Below, one piece after another: positions 25,665 to 38,084 of a stretch of DNA of 64,000 nt. The notes under the pieces are model-generated. The model saw only the letters and a list, made by a program, of their open reading frames with translations. It was not told the DNA's origin and did not search any database. How positions within the stretch are numbered: the stretch's first letter is position 1; each line of letters opens with the position of its first letter. Source of the stretch: Mobula hypostoma (Eukaryota); assembly GCF_963921235.1 (NCBI RefSeq), contig NC_086097.1:35032001-35096000 (forward strand), written 5' to 3'. Position numbers and translations under genes: made by a program.

Positions 25665-25980
25665 GTGGTGGCATGGTAGTGTAGTGGTTAGCACATTGTC
25701 TTGCAGCGTAGGCGATTCCTGATTGGGGTTCAATTCCCACTGCTGCCCGTAAGGACCATGTATATTCTCCCCTTGGCCGCGTGGTTTTCCTCTCCATGCT
25801 CCGGTTTCCTCCCACATTCCAAGGACGCGATTAGGGTTACTAGGCTGTGAGCCTGCTTTGTTGGTGTCGGGAGCAAGGCAACACTTACGGGCTGCCCAGC
25901 ACAATCCTCATCGGTTTGATGTGACACAAATGACGCATTTCACTGTATGTTCTTATGTACGTGTGGCAACTAAAGCCAAT
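25665..25980 (+). mobile_element. V-SINE variant with a different 3' tail
   Basis: A/B boxes TAGTGTAGTGG, GGTTCAATTCC; V domain; tail CATTTCACTGTATGTT..GTACGTGTGGCAACTAAAG. Confidence 0.8.
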
Positions 25981-26000
25981 CATTTTTCCCTTGACAGGAG

Positions 26001-26106
26001 GAATTCTGCAGATGCTGAAGGATCTCGCCTGAAACGTCGACTGTACCTCTTTCTAGAGATGCTGCCTGGCCTGCTGCGTTCACCAGCAACTTTGATGTGT
26101 GTTGCT
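26001..26106 (+). mobile_element. Young Penelope-derived short repeat, hammerhead 5'-truncated, short inverted piece at the 5' end
   Basis: GAAACGTCGACTGTACCTC...GTGTGTTGC matches the 29.4 and 40.0 kb copies; preceded by GAATTCTGCAGATGCTG, the reverse complement of the family 3' extension. Confidence 0.75.
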
Positions 26107-28119
26107 TTTTTCCCCTTAAAATCAGTTAATGCGTGCAAATATTCTACACCTTAATGATCTAAAAGTTGTGAACTAAAGTCCCTCTATTTCTCAATATTCC
26201 CTCTGAACCTATCATTCACAATGTACGTACCACCATCGCTGTGTATCTACTACACCCCAGTTAGTTCTGTGAAAGTGCACCAATTTGCACATTAAGAATA
26301 AATTCCATCTGCCTTTGCTCTATGCACTTTATCAACAGATCAATATCATCAGGTGGCAATCTCCCTTACTATCAACAAAGCCAATTTTCATAGAAACCAT
26401 AGAAACTACAGCACAGAAACAGGCCTTTTGGCTCTTCTTGGCTGTGCCGAACCATTTTCTGCCTAGTCCCACTGACCTGCACACGGACCATATCCCTCCA
26501 TACACCTCCCATCCATGTATCTGTCCAATTTATTCTTAAATGTTAAAATAGAATTCTTAAAATGTCTGCTGTAAGCTCACCAATCATACATCCCTAAAAT
26601 TAATATGCAAATTAATGTATATAACAAATCATAAGGGCTTCAGCACTGATCTTCATGGTACGTCACAGATAAAAGACTTCCAATACTCCTTGCCATTGCT
26701 ACTCACTAATTTTAGATCTAATTTGCAACTTGCCATGGATCCCATGTGGTGCTTATTTAAGTTCTTACTAATGTCCATGCAGATTACGCCAATCATACTA
26801 TCCTTGTCAACAGACCTTGTTACCTTTTCAAAAAATCAATTAAATGTATTAACAAAGACATGCTGACAACATTTGATTAATCTTTGCCTTTCTTGTATAT
26901 GATAATTTTGTCCTTCAGAATTTTTCCAGTAAGTTCCCTATTACTAATGTTACAGAGGCAGATACACTAGTGAAGCGTAAGAGACCACTAGACAGGTATA
27001 TGGAGGAATTTAAGGTGGGGGTTATATGGGAGGTAAGATTTAAGCGTCGGTACAACACTGTGGGCCGAAGGGCCTGTTCTGTGCTGTACTATTCTCTGTT
27101 CTATACTCAGGCCCGTGTTTACCTGGCTTTTCTCTACTGCTCTTTAGCAGGAAACACGTCTGGCACCTCACCGGTGGCCAGTGAAGATCTCAGAATCTTT
27201 CAAGTCACCATAGCAACCTGGGATATATCCATAGAGTCATAGAGAAGTAGAGCACAGAAACAGGCCCTTTGGCCCATCTAATCCATGCTGAAACCCTTTA
27301 AACTGCCTACTCCCATCGACCTGCCCATAGCCCCCCATCCATGTACCCATCCAAATTTTGCTTAAATGTTGAAATCGAGCTTGCATCCACCATTTGTGCT
27401 GGCAGCTTGTTCCACACTCTCACAAACCTCTGAGTGAAGACGTTTCCCCCTCATATTCCCCTTAAACTTTTCACCTTTCACCCTTAACCTATGACCTCTG
27501 CCAACCTCAAGCCTGCTAAGGCTTCCAATAACACCTCCCTTTTTGATAGTAAATTTTGATTGAGCTATTAAAGTTCTGAGCTATAGCACCCTTGAAAGGC
27601 ACAGCTAATAATGATGAGATAGGATAAAGGTGAGATTCTAAGAGCTGTCACAACTCAGTTACTGGCCAAGACCTGAAGAATTGCTTCCATCTGCAGAGAC
27701 AGTGTCAAAAATAAAAGTAGGTGTCTGCAGGGTATCCTTCTGCAAACGAACAAAACCTTACTGTCTGCAATACTGCACGAGCCACACCTGTCATATATTA
27801 CAGTGGATCAACATTTTCGGCTTACACATTTGTTTCAAGATCCGACATTGTGTTTTACTTTATGCAGGATATGAACTTTAATAAACTAAACATTATAAAA
27901 TTGTCAAAGAATTTTACGGCTGGTATAGTTTTCAATTTTATCTGACAGCTATCTTTTTTTTTACAAAACAAGCATAATATCCGCAAATACACAACCTTTC
28001 ACAGTTCCGTAAAGGCTATTTCCAGTTATGATTTCTGTCTTGTAACATAAAATATTTCAGGAAAACTAAACAATTTGAAAATCAGATTCAGATTTTTTTT
28101 TCCAGCCTCCTGGATAACT

Positions 28120-29398
28120 ACATCTGCACCAGGTGCACTAAGCTGCAGCCCCTCAGAGAACATGTTCAAGAACTGGAGCTGACCTTTGGGTCATTCAGGA
28201 AACTGAGGGGGTGATAGATAGGAGCTACAGGAAGGTAGTCATCACTAAGTTGCAGGAGGTAGGTACCTGGGTGACTGTAAGGAGAAGGAAAGGAAATGGG
28301 CAGCCAGTGCAGAGTAACCCTGTGGCTGTTCCCCTCAACAATAAGTACCACTTTGGATACGGTTAGGGGGAGGGAATAACAGCAGCAACTGGGTCTCCAA
28401 CACTGAATCCGGTGCTGTCGCTCAGAAGGGAAGGGGGCAAAGAGCACTGCAGCAGTGATAAGGGATTCCATAGTTAGGGGAGTAGACATGAAATTCTGTG
28501 AATGCGATAAGACGCCTGGATGTTATGTACCTCCCAGGTGCCAGGGTCAGGGACATCTAGGATCAGGTCCACAGCATTCTAAAGGGAGGGGGGGTGCAAC
28601 CAGAAGTCATGGTACATATCGGCACCAATGACATAGGTAGGTAAAGGGAGGAGGTCCTCAAGAGATCGGTTAGGGAGCTTGGTAGAAAGCTGAAAAGCAA
28701 GATCTCCAGGGTAGTCAGCTCTGGATTGCTGCCCGTGCCACGCGCCAGTGAGGGCAAGAATAGGATGATTTGGCAGATGAACGTGTGGCTGAGGAACTGG
28801 TGCAGGGGGCAGGGTTTCAGGTTTCTGGATCATTGGATTCTCTTCTGGGGAAGGTATGACTTGTACAAGCGGGAGGGGTTACACCTGAACCACAGGGGGA
28901 ACCAACATCCTTGTGGGCAGGTTTGCGAGAACCACTGGGGAGAGTTTAAACTAATTTGACAGGGGAATGGGAAACTAAGCAATAGGGCTGAGGATGGGGC
29001 AATTGATTTACAAGCAGAGGCAGTGTGTAGTGAGACTGCCAGGAAGATGATGGGAAAAATTGAATGAGTTTCAGTGTAACGGGGGACAAAAATCAAAAAG
29101 GTTGATGAAAACAGGACTGGAGCTGTTATATTTGAATGCACACAGTACCCGGAATGAGGTAAATGATCTTGTAGCGTAGTTAGAGAATGGCAGGTATGAT
29201 GCTTGGGTATCATTGAGTCACAGCTGAAAGAAGATTATAGCTGGCAGGTTTGCATCCGAGGATGCACATTGTATTGAAAGTACAGGCAGGTAGGCAGAGG
29301 GGGTGGCATTGCTCTGCTGGTAAAAAAAAATGACATCAAATCATTAGACAAAGGTGACATGGATTGGAAGATATAGAATCATCGTGGGTAGAGCTAAG
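28120..29398 (+). mobile_element. CR1 ORF1 esterase and start of ORF2 endonuclease (decayed)
   Basis: VHIGTNDIG, WLRNWCRGQGFRFLDHW, GLHLN; then GRGGGIAL and ESSWVEL. Confidence 0.8.
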
Positions 29399-29434
29399 GG
29401 TCCTGACGAAGGGTCTCGGCCTGAAACGTCGACT
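29399..29434 (+). ncRNA. Minimal type I hammerhead ribozyme motif (Penelope-type), best-preserved copy
   Basis: GGTC-CTGACGA-AGGGTCTCGGCCT-GAAA-CGTC-GACT: stem I GGUC/GACU, core CUGANGA and GAAA, short stem II, palindromic ACGU stem III, GUC triplet (predicted cut after 29430). Activity untested. Confidence 0.7.
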
Positions 29435-29497
29435 GTACCTCTTCCTAGAGATGCTGCCTGGCCTGCTGCATTCACCAGCAACTTTTATGTGTGTTGC
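29399..29497 (+). mobile_element. Young Penelope-derived short repeat starting at the hammerhead
   Basis: Near-identical to 40030-40124 and 26017-26106. Confidence 0.8.
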
Positions 29498-29859
29498 ATT
29501 TATAACAAATACCTGGCACAAAAATTGCTTTGTAAAAACAATCAGAACAGAGCGCACAAGATAATTAAACAGATACGCAAAAGGGAAGCAGAGAATATGA
29601 CGAAAGATTAGTGACTAACATAAATAGTCATCTTACAAAAATGAAAAACTGTAAAAAGGATAGGAAAAAAATTGTATCCAATTAGAAAGATGAAAGGAGA
29701 TCTTCTGGAGTCATGAATAAGGTACCCAATTAGAACTTTGCATTGGTCTTCACAAACATAATGGCAAGTCTCTGCTTGATATTGTGTACAGTAATACTAA
29801 GACTTAATATCCTAGTAACAATATTACAATATTATTAATATCAAAGATTTAAACAGATT

Positions 29860-30700
29860 GTGAGAATGGACAAAGATGTGGCAGATGGAATATAGTGTAG
29901 GGAACTGCATGGTAATGCAGTTTGGTAGAAGGAATAAAGGTGTGGTTTATTTCCTAAATGGGGAGAGAATTTAAAAAAAAATCAGAGGTGCAAAGGTACT
30001 TGGGAGTTCTCATGCAGGATTCCCTAAAGGTTAACTTGCAGGAATAGTCGGAGGTGAGGATGGCAAATGCAATGTTAGCATCCATTTTGAAAGGATCAAC
30101 ACACAAAAGCAAGGATGTAATGCTGAGACTTAAGTTAGACTGCACTCGGAGTATTGTGAGCAGTTTTAGGCCCTTATCTAAGAAAAGGTGTGCTGGCTTT
30201 GGAGAGATTCCAGAGGATGTTTATGAGAATGATCCCTGGAATAAAAGGGTTAACATATGAGGAGCATTTGATTGCTCTGGGCCTGTACTTGCTGGAACTT
30301 AGAAGAATGAGAGGGGATCTCACTGAAACCTATCGAATATTGAAAGGCCAAGAAAGAGTGGATGTGATGGGGGGGGGGGGGGGGAGGGAGTCTAGGACCA
30401 GAAGGCATAGCCTCAGAATAGAGGAACATCCATTTAGAACATTGATGAGGAAAAATATCTTTAGCCAGAGCATGGTGAATTTGTGGAATTCATTGCCACA
30501 GATGGCTGTGCACGCCGAGTCATTGGGTGTATTTAAGGAAGAGGTTGATAGGTTATAGATTATTCAGGGTGTCAAAGTTTACAGGGAGAAGGCAGGAGAA
30601 TGGGGTTGAGAGGGATAATAAATCAGCCATGATAGAATGGTGGAACAGACTCGATGGGCCAAATAGCCTAATTCTACTCCTGTGTCCTATGGCCTTTTGG
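29860..30700 (+). mobile_element. CR1 RT C-terminus and 3' UTR
   Basis: WQMEY, LERFQRMFMRMIPG, RRMRGDLTETY. Confidence 0.8.
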
Positions 30701-31589
30701 TCAAGTCCAGACAGAAAATTTTAGAATGTGATGGAGGGAGACAGTAATGGGAAGATGGAGTGAGAATGCAAGTGCAGAAGTGGAAAATTAAAGACAAATT
30801 AATCCATTACTATCTCTCCCTTTCCTCCTTTTTCTCTCCATCTATCTATTTATCTGCCTCTATAGAAGGTTATGAGAGACCAAGCAAAGGACCTAGATTT
30901 GGCAAAGGAGCACCAAGAAAAATGCGGACTTTTCTTAGGATTGCATAAATTTGCAATTCACTTTCTAAAAGTGCGATGTAATTAGAGACCAAGGGAAGTT
31001 TAATATGGCAATTTAACATGAGGAAGAATTAATAGGAGACCTATGGAGAAAAAACTTGATTGCGGGAAAGTTCTTCCAAAAAGCCAGAACAGACATTAAC
31101 ACCCAAAGTCCTCCCTTGTGATGTTCTGCAGCTGTACATTGGAATGCATCTGTAACGGGCAAGTTGAAATCTGACAGTATAGCTTGATATATAGTATATT
31201 TAAACACCCAAACACACACTAACATACCAAACTAAGTCTGACTATTTGGATATGGATATTGTAAAAATAGGACTTTGAATATAAACTAAAGACAAAGTAA
31301 TTTGTTGCATACACAGACTTGGTAATTCATTTACAGTACATTATCCTTAACTTTCAATTCGTCTAAACCAAGATTTTGACACTGTAAAACTAAAATTGTC
31401 TGTTTCAGTTATCTGGGTGATAAATATACAGTCAAAATATTACCATCCATTTAAGTGATACCATTCTGATTACAGAACTGGATTTGCCACCTAAACTTGA
31501 AGAATCCAACAAATAAGAAACATATCTAAGATTGACAGATGCAAGAATCCCAATATAAAATAAAATACTTAGCTCAGCTTTGTCCATAC

Positions 31590-31648
31590 CTGTCCTGCGG
31601 TATCATATAGACCAAGCAAATGCTGCTTTCCTCCAACGGTGATGGTTA
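31590..31648 (-). CDS. RHOJ: RHOJ coding exon 2 ((V)[19 protein letters not shown])
   Basis: 59 nt; acceptor TTGCAG, donor GTATGG; DTAGQ G3 motif. Too short for the ORF track. Confidence 0.96.
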
Positions 31649-32324
31649 CTGCAAGGTAAAAGAATTAAGTTAATTGCTACTCACAGGATTATTTTCCCAT
31701 GGATAGCAAGTAATAACTCGGGACATAACATATAAATGGTAAACAAGTTATTAGATTTGAAACTGGGAATTGTTTATTACTGGAACATAAACATTTATGT
31801 AAGTGGAGTTTTTTTTTCACTTTTACTCTATGACTCCACAATGTCTAATCTGTAGTTTATTTGATTTTATCTTGATCATTTTAAAGCAAATCATTTTCCA
31901 ATTACATTTTCTATTTTTCTGAAATAAATACAGGTATAATTTTATAACATTCAAATATGATTCTAATACTTCAAAAAGTTAAAATTTAGGCCCCTTACAT
32001 TATACATATAATTTTTCCATATTTTTCAAAAATCAGAAGAACAATCAATCCATCAAATTAATTTTGCTGTCTGAGAAAGCTGATGTCAATAATACTGTCC
32101 AAAAAGAAAATTAAAGCTTGTAGAAATTCTTTATTCTAGAACAGCTGGTACACTTCCTTGAAAACATAATCACAATGTATTAAATCAAAATAATAAATCC
32201 AAAGGGCAGAATTGGACAACTCCTCAAAAATGGCTGAAGTTGACTTACTCTATGAGGATGTTAGACAGGGTGAAGGCAAGCACATCTTTTAATATAGCCT
32301 TCAAAAACAACAGCTACATGCATA

Positions 32325-32412
32325 AAATGCTGAAGGAACCCAGCGTGTCAAGCATCACCCATGGAAATGAACAAACACTCAACGTTTTGGGCCAAGACCC
32401 TTCTTCAAAATT
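32325..32412 (-). repeat. Penelope-derived repeat, minus strand, hammerhead core mutated
   Basis: Reverse complement reads TTGAAGA-AGGGTCTTGGCCC-AAAA-CGTT-GAGT. Confidence 0.65.
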
Positions 32413-32549
32413 AACAGATTGGCAGAATTGTTTGCAACTTGTGCAGAAATATCAGAAATTTCATTAACTATGCTGAGACAGACATTCCTCAATAAAGTTT
32501 CTAATATGTTTTTTTTAACCCTTGTTTTCAAATGTCTGTACCAATAAAA

Positions 32550-33480
32550 ATGCCTATTTTAATCCCATCTGCCAGTACACAGTCTACATCCTCTATTCTC
32601 CTCCCGTTCAAGTGCCTGTCTAAATACCTCTTTGTTTCTGTTTCCACCACTTCTCTGGCAGTGTTTCACTCTCTATGTAAAGAAAAATATTGTCTCATAT
32701 ACCTTCTTTAAGCTTTCCCCCTCACCTTAAAGCTAGGCTCTCTTGTACTTGACGTCACCGCCCTCGGATAAAAAGACTATCAACTCCATCGACAGCCTGG
32801 ATTTCCAGCATCTGCAGAATCTCACAATACTTTCCATAACTTATGTATTTCTATCAGATCACCCCTCAGCTTCCAATGCTCCAGATCAAGGATCCAAGCA
32901 TCACAATACTAATCTGGTATCTTTGCTGCAATACCCTGCCACTGGATGCCAAACACAAGTTCCTGGATTCCCTTTCAAAGATGGGGCACCTTGTGTAGTG
33001 GAGAACAATAAAGCAATGTTCAAAAACAGTAGGGATCGCAGCCATGGTATCGTACAGGGTGGAAACCGGCCCCTCGGTCAAACCGGTTTCTGTTGACAAA
33101 GTTCCCACCTGCCTGCATTAGGCCGGCATGCCTCTAAACCAGGAGCTCCCAACCTAGGGTCCATGGACTCCGTGCTTAATGGTATTGATCCATGGCATAA
33201 ATAAAGTTGGGAACCCTTGTTCTAAACCTTTCCTATCCATGTACCTGTCCAAGTGTCTTTTAAATATTGTTAATGTACCTGCCTCAACCACTTCTTCTTG
33301 CAGTTCATTTGAAATACTGATCATTGTCTGGGTGACGAAGTTGCCCCTGGGATTCCTATTAAATCTCTCCCCTCCCAATTTAAACCTATGCCCTCGAATA
33401 CTTGATTTCCCAACCTTGGGGAAAAAAAGACAGTGTATCCACCTCATCTATCCCCTCAAAATTTTATATAATGGTATAAA
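32550..33480 (-). mobile_element. CR1 3' relics
   Basis: RGHRFKL..F.RN.RGNF.TQ..NELQEEVVEAGT. Confidence 0.65.
33140..33219. mobile_element. 80-bp hAT (Charlie-like) MITE
   Basis: Imperfect TIRs CAGGAGCTCCCAAC / GTTGGGAACCCTTG; 8-bp TSD CTCTAAAC / TTCTAAAC, resembling the NTCTAGAN preference. Confidence 0.75.
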
Positions 33481-34665
33481 TTAATATAAGAAGTATGAAT
33501 GAAATCAGGATAATAAAGACAGCTATCCTTACTGGATCTCAGTTTTCCCCTATATTTCAACAAAGATGCAAAAGATACCAAGGGGCCCAAACTCGATATG
33601 AAAAATGATGAGGACTTGAGCTCCTTTTGTGTTGCCATGGGGTTAAACCTAGCTCCTGTCATTTACACTCCTGTTTAAGTTTATTAATTCCTGGTTTAAT
33701 CTACAAATCCAGTCCAACGACATGAAGCATGGGTACCCAACGCAACATTGCTGTAAAAACACCTTCATGTCCTTGCCAAAGAGAGCATTTATTCCTATTC
33801 CTGGTTAAATGGTTCACACACTTCAGCTCTAAGAGGCCAGTTGAGAATCGTTTTCATGAATTATACACAGGCCACCATGCAGAAACAACAAATATCTTCC
33901 GCTAATCAACCAAATGTGCTTTTACAATTATGTAGTCTTTAAATCCACATTTAAAAACCTCAACTGCTAAGGACAATTTGAATAAGTCTATAGACCATTT
34001 ACAGAAGCCACTGGATAACTAGCCCAGTAGGTAGTCAATGGTGTCAAGCTAATCATTAAATCCACTGCATATTTCATCAGCCCATAACCTTTATGTTTTC
34101 CTCAGAGCTCCATTGTACTAAAGCAGCAGATGATGAACATTCAGAAAACTGGACCTACAATTCTGCTCTCTTGATTAGGCAATCAGATTCAAAACCACCT
34201 AGAGATTCGAGGATTCTTGGAATCCAAACCCAAAGACGAAAAAGACTGCCTATCAGTGGCCATTTTATTAGGAAGTCCTGTACATGGCTCGTTAATGCAA
34301 ATATCTAATCAGCCAATCATGTGACAGCAACTCAATGCATAAACACATACAGACATGGTCAAGATGATCAAGTGTTGTTCAGACCAAACATCGGAATAGG
34401 GAAGAAATGTGATCTAAGTGATTTTGACGGTGGAATGATTGCTGGTGCTAAATGCGGTGGCTTCAGTATCTCAGAAACTGCTGATCGCCTGCAATTTTCA
34501 TGCACAAGTCTCTTGAGTTTACAGAGAATGTGCAAAAACAAACAAACAAAAAAATCAGTGAGTGGCAATTCCCTGGGCAAAAACACCTTGCTGATGTGAG
34601 AGGTCGGAATAGAATGGCTGGACTGGTTCAAGCTGACAGGAAGGCAACAGTAACTCAAATAACTA

Positions 34666-36223
34666 CAGTGGCATGCAAAAGTTTGGGCACCCCCCATCAA
34701 AATTTCTGTTACTGTGAATAGTTGAGTAGAAGATGAACTGATCTCCAAAAGTCACAAAGTTAAAGATGAAACATTCTTTACAACATTTTAAGCAAGATTA
34801 GTGTGTTATTTTTGTTTTGTACAATTTTAGAGAGAATAAATGAAAGGAGCACCATGCAAAAGTTTGGGGACCCCAAGAGATTTGAGCTCTTAGATAACTT
34901 TTGCCAAGGTCTCAGACCTTCATTAGCTTGTTAGGGCTATGGCTTGTTTACAATCATCGTGATGCAAATTTCAAAGCTTTATAAATACCCTAACCCCTCA
35001 AACCTTGTCCTAACAATCAGCAGCCATGGGCTCCTCTAAGCAGCTGCCTAGCACTCTGAAAATTAAAATATTTGATGCCCACAAAGCAGGAGAAGGCCAT
35101 AAGAAGATAGCAAAGCATTTTCAAGTAGCCGTTTCCTTAGTTCATAATGTAATTAAGAAATGGCAGTTAACAGGAACGGTGGAAGACCAGGAAAACTTTC
35201 CGAGAGAAAATCAAAACCCCCGTTTGACTGCAAAAGACCTTCAGGAAGATTTAGCAGACTCTGGAATGGTGGTGCACTGTTCTACTGTGCAGTGACACCT
35301 GCACAAATATGACCTTCATGGAAGAGTCATCAGAAGAAAACCTTCCCTGCACCCTCACCACAAAATTCAGCATCAGAAGTTTGCAAAGGAACATCTAAAC
35401 AAGCCTGATGCATTTTGGAAACAAGTCCTGTGGACTGATGAAGTTAAAATAGAACTTTCTGGCTGCAATAAGCAAAGGTATGTTTGGAGAAAAAAGGGTG
35501 CAGAATTTCATGAAAAGAACACTTCTCCAACTGTTAAGCACTGGGGTGGATTGATCATGCTTTGGGCTTGTGTTGCAGCCAGTGGCACGGGGAACATTGC
35601 ACTAGTAGAGGGAAGAATGAATTCAATTAAATACCAGCAAATTCTGGAAGCAAACAACACACCGTCTGTAAAAAAGCTGAAGATGAAAACAGGATGGCTT
35701 CTACAACAGGATAATGATCTTAAACACACCTCAAAATCCACAATGGACTACCTCAAGAGGTGCAAGTTGAAGGTCTTGCCATGGCCCTCACAGTCCCCTG
35801 ACTTAGACATCATGGAAAATCTGTGGATAGACCTCAAAACAGCAGTGCCTGCAAGACGGCCCAAGAATCTCACAGAACTAGAAGCCTTTTGCAAGGAAGA
35901 ATGGGCAAAAATCCCCCAAACAAGAATTGAAAGACTCTTAGCTGGCTACAAAAAGCGTTTACAGGCTGTGATACTTGCCAAAGGGGGTGTTACTAAGTAC
36001 TGACCATGCAGGGTGCCCAAACTTATGCTTCGGGCCCTTTTCCTTTTTTGTTATTTTGAAACTGCAAAAGATGGAAGTAAAAAAGTTTTCTTGCTTAAAC
36101 TATTAAAGAAATGTGTCATCTTTAACTTTATGCCTTTAGGAAATCAGGTCATCTTTTACTCACTTAGCTATTCACAGTAACAGAAATTTTGACCAGGGGT
36201 ACCCAAACTTTTGCATGCCACTG
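34666..36223 (+). mobile_element. Tc1-family DNA transposon, IR/DR type, TA TSD
   Basis: TA|CAGTGGCATGCAAAAGTTTGGG...CCCAAACTTTTGCATGCCACTG|TA; ~210-bp imperfect IRs with inner direct repeats at ~34853-34874 and ~36011-36028. Confidence 0.95.
35026..36003 (+). pseudogene. Tc1 DD34E transposase pseudogene
   Basis: One frame from MGSSKQL to GGVTKY*; WTDE, QQDND and SPDLDIME with 34 residues between D2 and E; premature TGA at 35293-35295; compensating deletions across the GRPR linker. Confidence 0.92.
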
Positions 36224-37094
36224 TATGCATTACAACAGTGGTATACAGAAGAGCGTCCCAGAATGCACAAGACGTCAAATGTTGAAGTGGGTTGGCTACA
36301 GCAGCAGAAGATCCTGAACATACGTGCAGTGGCCACTTTATTAGGTACAGGAGGCATCTAGTAAAGTGGCTACTGAGTGTATAATCTGCATGCTGAATGC
36401 TGGAAAAGATGCCTTTGCCATTAAAATAAAAACTGTAGTACTATATGGACACACTACACCAGTCAAAGGATATTGAAAAATTGAACAACTCGAGTCAAAA
36501 CAAGATAGAGATTATAAATTGACGTTTGAAAATGAATTTACTAAAGATAAGAGGCAGCTTGTACTCTGGAATAGGAGTCACCCATCTCTTCCCTCTTCCC
36601 ATCTTATCTCAGCATTGGCAGCTGTTTCTTCTGTTGCCTGGGCCTCCCATACAAAATCACTCAATAAAAAACTACCATTCAAAACAAAATTACCCAGAAT
36701 CAAGATTGAAGGAATTACAATGATATCCAAGTGAATAAGAAAGGAAAAAAAGAACACAATAACTTGGCCTTAGTGCACTGCACTGAATATTCTAAAAGAA
36801 CACAAGCTACACGACTGAACTAAAGTGAAAAACTTGATCACAAAATGCGATTGACACTTGAGTATGTTAAGCGCAGAAAACAAAATTAATTTACTGGTCA
36901 CCATTCTTATAAGGGTACACTCTGCACTGTAACACTCCCAGCTGTGCGCAATAACGATTGTTGTTGCTCCTGCAAACCTGACACATTGCAGAATGGGCTT
37001 CAACTGCAATAGTAGATCTCAACAGGAGGATGCTGACAAACAAGGTAACAAGAAGCAGGTCATCTATGCAGCCATTCAGTTGGCTCATACTTAA

Positions 37095-37795
37095 TCTTCT
37101 GGTAATATCTCCTCCTCTCCTTTCTCACTTTTTCTGTTCCCCATTCTGGCTTCCCTCTTACCCTGCTCTTCTGCCCATCACTGCCCTCTGGTACCCCTCG
37201 TCCTTTGTTTCTCCCACATCTGCTCTCCTCTCCTATCAGATTCCTGCTTTTTCAGTCCTTTATCTCTTCCACCTATCACCACTCAGCTTCTCACTTTATC
37301 CTCCCCTCCCTCACCCACCTTCCCCCTCATTTGGTCTCACCTGTCACCTTGTACTCCTTCCTCCCCTCCTATCGCTTCTTACTCGGGCTTCTTCCTGTTT
37401 CCTTTCCAGTCTGGATCTATTTATTTATTGAGATACAGCATGGAACAGGCCCTTCTGGCCCTTCGAGACATGCCACCCAGTCACCCGATTAAATCCTAGC
37501 CTAATCATGAGACAATTTATTTTTATAATGACCAACTAACTTACCAACTGGTACATCTTTGGACTGTGGGGGGAAACCGGAGCACCCAGAGGAAACCCAC
37601 ACGGTCACGGAGCGAACAGACAAATTCCTCACAGGCAGTGGTGGGAATTGAAACCGGGTCACCTGCACTGCAAAGCGTTGTGTTAACCATTACACTACCT
37701 TGCCGCCCCTGATGAAGGGTCTCGCCCTGAAACGTCAGCTGTCCCATAGATGCTGTCTGACCTGCTGAGTTCCATCAGCATTTTGTGTGCGTGTT
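37095..37795 (+). mobile_element. Penelope-like element 3' fragment, split inside its hammerhead by a V-SINE
   Basis: C/T-rich UTR ends ...TTCCAGTCT at ~37412; resumes CTGATGAAGGGTCTCGCCCTGAAACGTC at 37709. Confidence 0.7.
37418..37708 (-). mobile_element. V-SINE (full length)
   Basis: tRNA-like head, V domain and (TAAA)n tail on the minus strand. Confidence 0.85.
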
Positions 37796-38084
37796 TTTCA
37801 TCAGAAGCTGACTCATTTGCAGCTTTTCCGGCATTTCCTGCTTTAGGACCAGACAGTGCCATGTGCTTATTTAAGGCCTCTATCCTTCAACAGGGGGCCC
37901 GACACATCCGGATGCTCTCCCAAAAGGTCTACACCTATTACCATCTTAGTGGTCGAAAACAATACTGTCCTATTTCCAATAATTAGTCCTTTGGGAATTT
38001 GTGAAAGATTGGGAAGATCCTTCACTGTGGGATCCTGTTTAACACTTGATACTGTGAGTGGTAACCTACACTAGCCAAGCCCAA

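Larger units (their letters stand above)
25280..27510. mobile_element. Cluster of CR1 relics and 3' tails
   Basis: VRPQLEY piece; tails at ~26390-26545 (-), 26950-27105 (+) and 27230-27510 (-). Confidence 0.6.
33976..36381 (+). mobile_element. Non-autonomous Tc1 derivative (TIR CACTCAGTGGCCACTTTATTAGG), host of the IR/DR Tc1, with upstream passenger module
   Basis: Transposase N-terminal relic GKKCDLSDF..ISETAD..LVQADRKATVTQIT; terminal TIR palindrome 36323-36379. Confidence 0.8.
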
